64,000 nt of DNA, from positions 868,001 through 932,000 of the forward strand of contig ML978125.1 of NCBI GenBank assembly GCA_010015805.1, given 5' to 3'. Below, piece after piece: positions 59,025 to 64,000 of the stretch. The translations under genes and the position numbers were made by a program. This DNA is from Rhizodiscina lignyota (taxonomy: Eukaryota). The notes beneath the pieces were generated by a model, which saw only the letters and a program-made list of their open reading frames with translations, was not told the origin of the DNA and searched no databases. Positions within the stretch are counted from its first letter, which is position 1, and every line of letters starts with the position of its first letter.

Positions 59025-61845
59025 ATGGCAAATAATTGGTATTCCGGTCAAACCCCTCAGACCGGTCGTTCGGTATGCCGACTGGCATTGCATTTGGTAT
59101 TTCGGCCATGATATTGACCTCGGGTTAGCCGTTCGATACCAGTTCGTCGCGAAAGTCCCTGGACAATCCTGATATCAGCCCAACGAACAATCCAAATTAT
59201 CAAGGAAGTTATTTTTACCAACAACCCCAGCACTTGAAAGACGGCTCCGCACAAAGACCGCGATTCCGTCAGAGCCTCGCCGTTCCTCCAGGCTATACGC
59301 ATCGCGGCATTTCCCTCTCGCGGCAGGCATCCAACCAGAGTAACGCTTCTGCGGGTGCACCCCACAGCAACCTCACCGGTCGACGCTCAGCCCCCGCAAC
59401 CGGTACCCAACTTTACCGATTTCAACAGGATACAGAAGATCCTTGGGTACCAAGAGGAACAATACCCAACATTGACATCTCTTCGGATATTTCCCAAACA
59501 TCTCAAGATCCCTTCTATGCCTTCGCTGGGTTCAGAAATAGCAATGCTCTGGATGCCCTGAGCGATGGTCGCGGTGTCCCAGTTGATTCTGCATATGTAT
59601 CTCAAACTGCTACTGCTCCATCGATCTACAGTGCTCCTGTCGAATCCACGCCTCTGGATGAGAGTATTGATCCGAACTTGGAACAACGGCTGAGGATTGA
59701 TGACACTCCTACCCTTCGCTCATCAGCCTTTGGTTCAGAGCGTCGAGCAAGACGTACGAGTAGAGCGTCATCAACCAGGAAGTATATCCCCAGGCAGTGC
59801 AAATATTGCAAGGAGGAGCCCAAATGTGAATCAGACTACAAGTAAGGCCGGTCTTTCATCATCTGTTACCTATGCTGACAGCCCGTCTTTGTAGGAAACA
59901 TATGCTCAAGCACGAAAAGGTATATTATTGTGAGGTAAACGGATGTAAGAGGAAAGAAAAAGGCTTTGGGACAGTCAATGATCTGAACCGACACAAGAAG
60001 AGTGTCCACAAACTCAGCTCGCACGGCGGTTTGACCAAATCATATCGCTGTAGTGCTAAGGGGTGCGAAAAACAAGACAAGGTCTGGCCTCGGTACGACA
60101 ACTTCAAGCAACACGTTTTCAGAGTGCACAAAGACGAACATAAGGACGATGAGAAGATGATTGCCAACATCCTTGAAGCGTAAGTTCTAATCTCAATGTA
60201 TAGCATCGTTACCTCTTGACTAATACGCCGGGAAGATCCGAGATCAAACCCAACCATCATCGCCAACAACCGCCACTGGCCCCTCAACAGCCTATGCAAG
60301 AAGCTTTGGCTGGACTGGGCCATCAATTACAACCGCCGATGGACAACAATCAATACACTGTCAGCCCAGACAGCCTGTGGGCACCGGGAACGGAACAATA
60401 CCGGGCGTTAGAAGAGCAAGGTATATATTCAATGCAGTACTCGCCTAGTCTCTCCCGGCTTGACCAGCTGAATAGAGATGGGCAGACTATTCAACACTTG
60501 ATGCCATCATCTTCCGATGGAGCTAGTCAGAGCGTCAGCCCAAACTGTGACATCACATCTCCAGCTCCAGGCCTCAACGCCTTAGCTCACGTCGCCGCGT
60601 CAGCAGAACCCACCTTGACGGTCACTGGCTCTAATCCTTTGTCGAAGCGAAAACATAGCGAGATAGAAACTCCTGGATCTGGCGATTTCGACCCTACATC
60701 CTCATCACCTACATCGCATCAAGACAATCTCAAACGACTGAAGTTCGGTGAAGACTACATTGGCTCAAACCTGCCTGAGTCAGATAGGTCGGAACTACTG
60801 AACGCACTCTTGGATCTCAAGGTTCCGGAAAAGGTTCTTGAGCTCCTCAAAAGGGATCGCAAAGATCATGAGCAGGAGCCAAAGAAGCCTAACCGGGCCA
60901 ATGGTCACCCGAGTATCTCCGCTTCGACAAACGAGAACGGCATTTCATGCCCTAAATGTTCCAAGAAGCTGCCTCGAAATTGTGACATGAAGTTTGTTAC
61001 CCCTGGAGCAGTTTCTCCTGAATTCGCTACTGACACCTTCTAGAAAGCATTTGAAACGCCATGAGAAGCCATATGGCTGTACATTTCCCCGTTGTCATAA
61101 GACATTCGGCTCCAAGAATGATTGGAAACGCCACGAGAATTCGCAGCATTTCCAGCAGGAGATGTGGCGATGTCAAGAAAAAGACCCGAGAGGGAATACG
61201 TTGGACGGAAAGTGTGGTGCCGTCTACTATTACGCTAATGTGTTTGCCTCACATCTCAAGAAAGACCATTCTATCAGAAGTGATAGAAGAGATGAATTAA
61301 ACCTGAAGTGTCGAATCGGGCGGAGCGGCCATACTCGCTACTGGTGTGGCTTCTGCAAAGATATAATTTCGGTGAATGGCCATCGCGGTCAGGCTGCTTG
61401 GGACGAGCGCTTCAACCACATAGACGAGCGGCATTACAAGAACGGTCAACGGATTGATGAATGGCTATGCATCGAAACGAAGATGACGAAGGGAGAGCAG
61501 CAGGACGGCCGGAGGGCACAACCAAGACAGAACAAGCCGGACATGGGAGAAGTTCCTGATGATGATGTGCTGTCAGAAGGCTACTCTACATTCCAGCCGA
61601 CTAAAGGAGGACCACCAGTTTTGGACTCACCTCCAGATTCACCGCGGCGGGATGTAACAATGCCGAGCAGCATGATGTCGAACGGCTTAGGCGCAGCATC
61701 ACACTTTGGAGATGGCAACCTTCCGGGAACTGTCTATTGTTGCCAATGTGGTGTTGGTCCATTCGATACTGATATGTATGAGAGATGTGGCATTCTCGAG
61801 GACGGTTGCGAACATACGTTTTGTAGAAATTGCAGCAGCGCCTGA
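59025..61845 (+). CDS. C2H2 zinc-finger transcription factor (paralog 3); exons 59025-59072, 59129-59841, 59895-60179, 60236-60991, 61044-61845; probable 5'-UTR intron 58856-59009
   Basis: Four introns join the separate ORFs in frame. Fingers include CKYC..DYK|KHMLKH, YYCEVNGC..FGTVNDLNRHKKSVH, CPKC..DMK|KHLKRH and PYGCTFPRCHKTFGSKNDWKRHENSQH; C-terminal CCQC..CEHTFCRNC. Confidence 0.88.
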
Positions 61846-62916
61846 ATGTTTATGATCTATGATGGACGGCGAGAACGAATATGGGAACGGCTCTTGTTTT
61901 CTTGAACGTCCGCATCTTGGAATTCTGACTATACGCTATAGATTAACGTTCTTATGGGATGCGATGGCAAGATAGTATCCGGCATTGTACATGAGTTCAC
62001 GTCCTTTCATTATATTCAATACTTCGCCTGCTGTGTCACCAAAGGTAGCCCAAAGCTGCCGCCTTCTCAGCGGACTTTGCCTTCATTCCCTTATGTTCCA
62101 CACGCACTGATTCCCATGCACGTGTTGCAAGAATACAGGATGCTTCTAAATGCAAGACAGTGATCGTCCAACATCAATACCCAGTCCTGCGCAAAACGTT
62201 TCTCTTCTGCACCATCTATGCGTCAATAGTAGTCGAACCTTGGCCAAACACATTTCCGCGGCCATACCAGCAATGCTGCCACAACTGTGCTACAAGAGTG
62301 GAAGAAGCGTGCATCATGCGCACACAGACCTTCACGTACTAGCCGTGGAAGAACAGAAGAACTCTTCCATAGTAACACAGTGGCTTCTCAACATAGGCGC
62401 CTCACCCTGCGGAAGAGACTTCTGCCGCATGCCAATCGTCCCTCGTGCAAGTGCACCGCAAGAGAGGAGAAGGTGAGTGATCTCCGTCAACTAGCTTGGC
62501 CATCACAGTGTTGGAAAGATGGAAGATGCTTCCTACGGCAAAACGCAACACGGCTGTATGAGCAGAAGACCCCTTTGCCTCGCTTTCAATCGACGAGCAA
62601 TACAAAACAGATTCTATTTCAAAGGGGACTAATTTAAACAACTAACAAAGGAGTAACATGTCTAAAATTGAACTTGATTGATTGCTCACACTGTACCATT
62701 CTTAATATAGCTATTTTCCTCGCGCTACACATCATACAGAAGGTGTGAAATGAAGTTCTTGAGTGGCGATTATCCCACGGAATGTGGGCCCCCGCTAGCC
62801 TACTTATCGCTATCCACGGATAGGTCGGTCGTAGGTCGGGTTTAAGGCCACAGGGCGTAGTATCTGTCTTACATGCTTTCAAAAGTTGCAAATAGATGCA
62901 TTATTTATATCAGTAC

Positions 62917-62934
62917 ATATATATATATATATAT
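62917..62934. repeat. (AT)9 microsatellite upstream of the ketopantoate reductase gene
   Basis: ATATATATATATATATAT read directly from the sequence. Confidence 0.9.
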
Positions 62935-63058
62935 GCTCCAATTCTTCTTATTTGCTCAGAGATATCTCACCATTTCTAGTAAATAGCGTAAGACCTTCGT
63001 TTTCAGTCTCGCCAGACATCCCCGATAATCGGACGAGAAACAACAAAAGGCCACAAGC

Positions 63059-64000
63059 ATGGCACCCAATGTCCTGATCTTCGGAGCAGGTGCTATCGGC
63101 AGCATCTACGTCTACATCCTAGACCAGGCCGGCGCGAATGTGACAGCCGTATGCAGAAGCAACTATCAGGCGGCGAAAGAGCACGGGTTTGAGATCATGT
63201 CAGAGAAGTTCGGCCACGTCAAAGTCAAATCGTCCGTTGTGCGCACAGTCGAGGAGGCATCGGGCCAAGAATGGGACTACGTGCTGGTCTGCAGCAAAGC
63301 GATGTGCGGTTCCAGGCCCACGACAGCAGAAATATTGAAGCCAGTGGTCGGCGCGAAGACTGCCATTGTGCTCCTCCAGAACGGCATCAGCATTGAAGAG
63401 GAATACATTGAAGCCTATCCAAGTAATCCTGTCATATCTGTCGTGGTCTACCTCCCCGCCACTCAACTTGCATCTGGTATCATCAAAATGGGCGACCTCG
63501 AGTATCTGGAAGTCGGGACGTACCCATCGGACGCCCCGTCATCCCACAAGGAGGCCGCATCCGCATTCTGCGACCTCATCAAGGCTGGCAAAGGGCATGC
63601 AATCCTCTACGACGACGTTCAGCCCCGACGCTGGAGCAAGCTTATCGTCAATGCACCGTGGAATCCGCTCTGCGCGTTAGCGCGCTCCACAGACGTCGCG
63701 TTCATGAACGCTTCGCCCCAGGCCACGGACGTTGTGTGGAGTGTGATGAAGGAGATCGTTGCCATCGCGAACGCGTTAGGATACGCAGAGATCAACGAGG
63801 AGGAGGCAGCGTTTCAGCTTGGCAGGGCGAAAGCGAGGATTCCGGACAAAGGAATCGAGCCTAGCATGCTTGCTGACATTTGGCTAGGAAGGGCGATGGA
63901 GGTTGAGGCAATTGTAGGCAATACGGTGCGAATTGCTGAGAAGAAGGGTGTCCCGGCGCCAGGATTGACAATGATATACGTTCTCACGAAAGCCCTGGAC
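63059..64000 (+). CDS. 2-dehydropantoate 2-reductase (PanE/ApbA family), 3'-partial
   Basis: MAPNVLIFGAGAIGS..VTAVCRSNY, DYVLVCSKA, IVLLQNGI, RWSKLIVNAPWNPLCAL and PSMLAD..MEVEAIVGN. Open to the window edge, so it is absent from the ORF track. Confidence 0.92.
   Translation, partial: MAPNVLIFGAGAIGSIYVYILDQAGANVTAVCRSNYQAAKEHGFEIMSEKFGHVKVKSSVVRTVEEASGQEWDYVLVCSKAMCGSRPTTAEILKPVVGAKTAIVLLQNGISIEEEYIEAYPSNPVISVVVYLPATQLASGIIKMGDLEYLEVGTYPSDAPSSHKEAASAFCDLIKAGKGHAILYDDVQPRRWSKLIVNAPWNPLCALARSTDVAFMNASPQATDVVWSVMKEIVAIANALGYAEINEEEAAFQLGRAKARIPDKGIEPSMLADIWLGRAMEVEAIVGNTVRIAEKKGVPAPGLTMIYVLTKALD

Overview
Gene-dense eukaryotic DNA from a filamentous ascomycete (Pezizomycotina), judged from short 48-150 nt spliceosomal introns with CTRAC-type branch sites and from fungal-type proteins. 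I find about 23 protein-coding genes. Most are housekeeping: a probable RAT1/XRN2 3' end, ILS1, a 59-aa twin-CX9C NDUFAF8-like gene missed by the ORF track, an AlkB-family dioxygenase, GRX4, RPF2, MTD1, MMS19, MRPL37, STT3, a 3-hydroxyisobutyrate dehydrogenase, EMC3, SPC2 and a ketopantoate reductase that runs off the end. Regulators are unusually common: a Zn2Cys6 factor, HapB/NF-YA, a Clr5-domain protein and three paralogous C2H2 zinc-finger genes within about 18.5 kb. There is also a secreted S8 protease and a decayed locus fused to a 5'-truncated P450. I see no rRNA, tRNA, CRISPR array or intact transposon. The best leads are the C2H2 paralog triad, MTD1 spliced in frame onto a 28-aa tandem-repeat tail, the kilobase-scale AUG-free spliced leaders of hapB and the Zn2Cys6 gene, two GC-AG introns, and the chimeric P450. 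All exon structures were inferred by eye and family calls come from recalled motifs; no database search was run.
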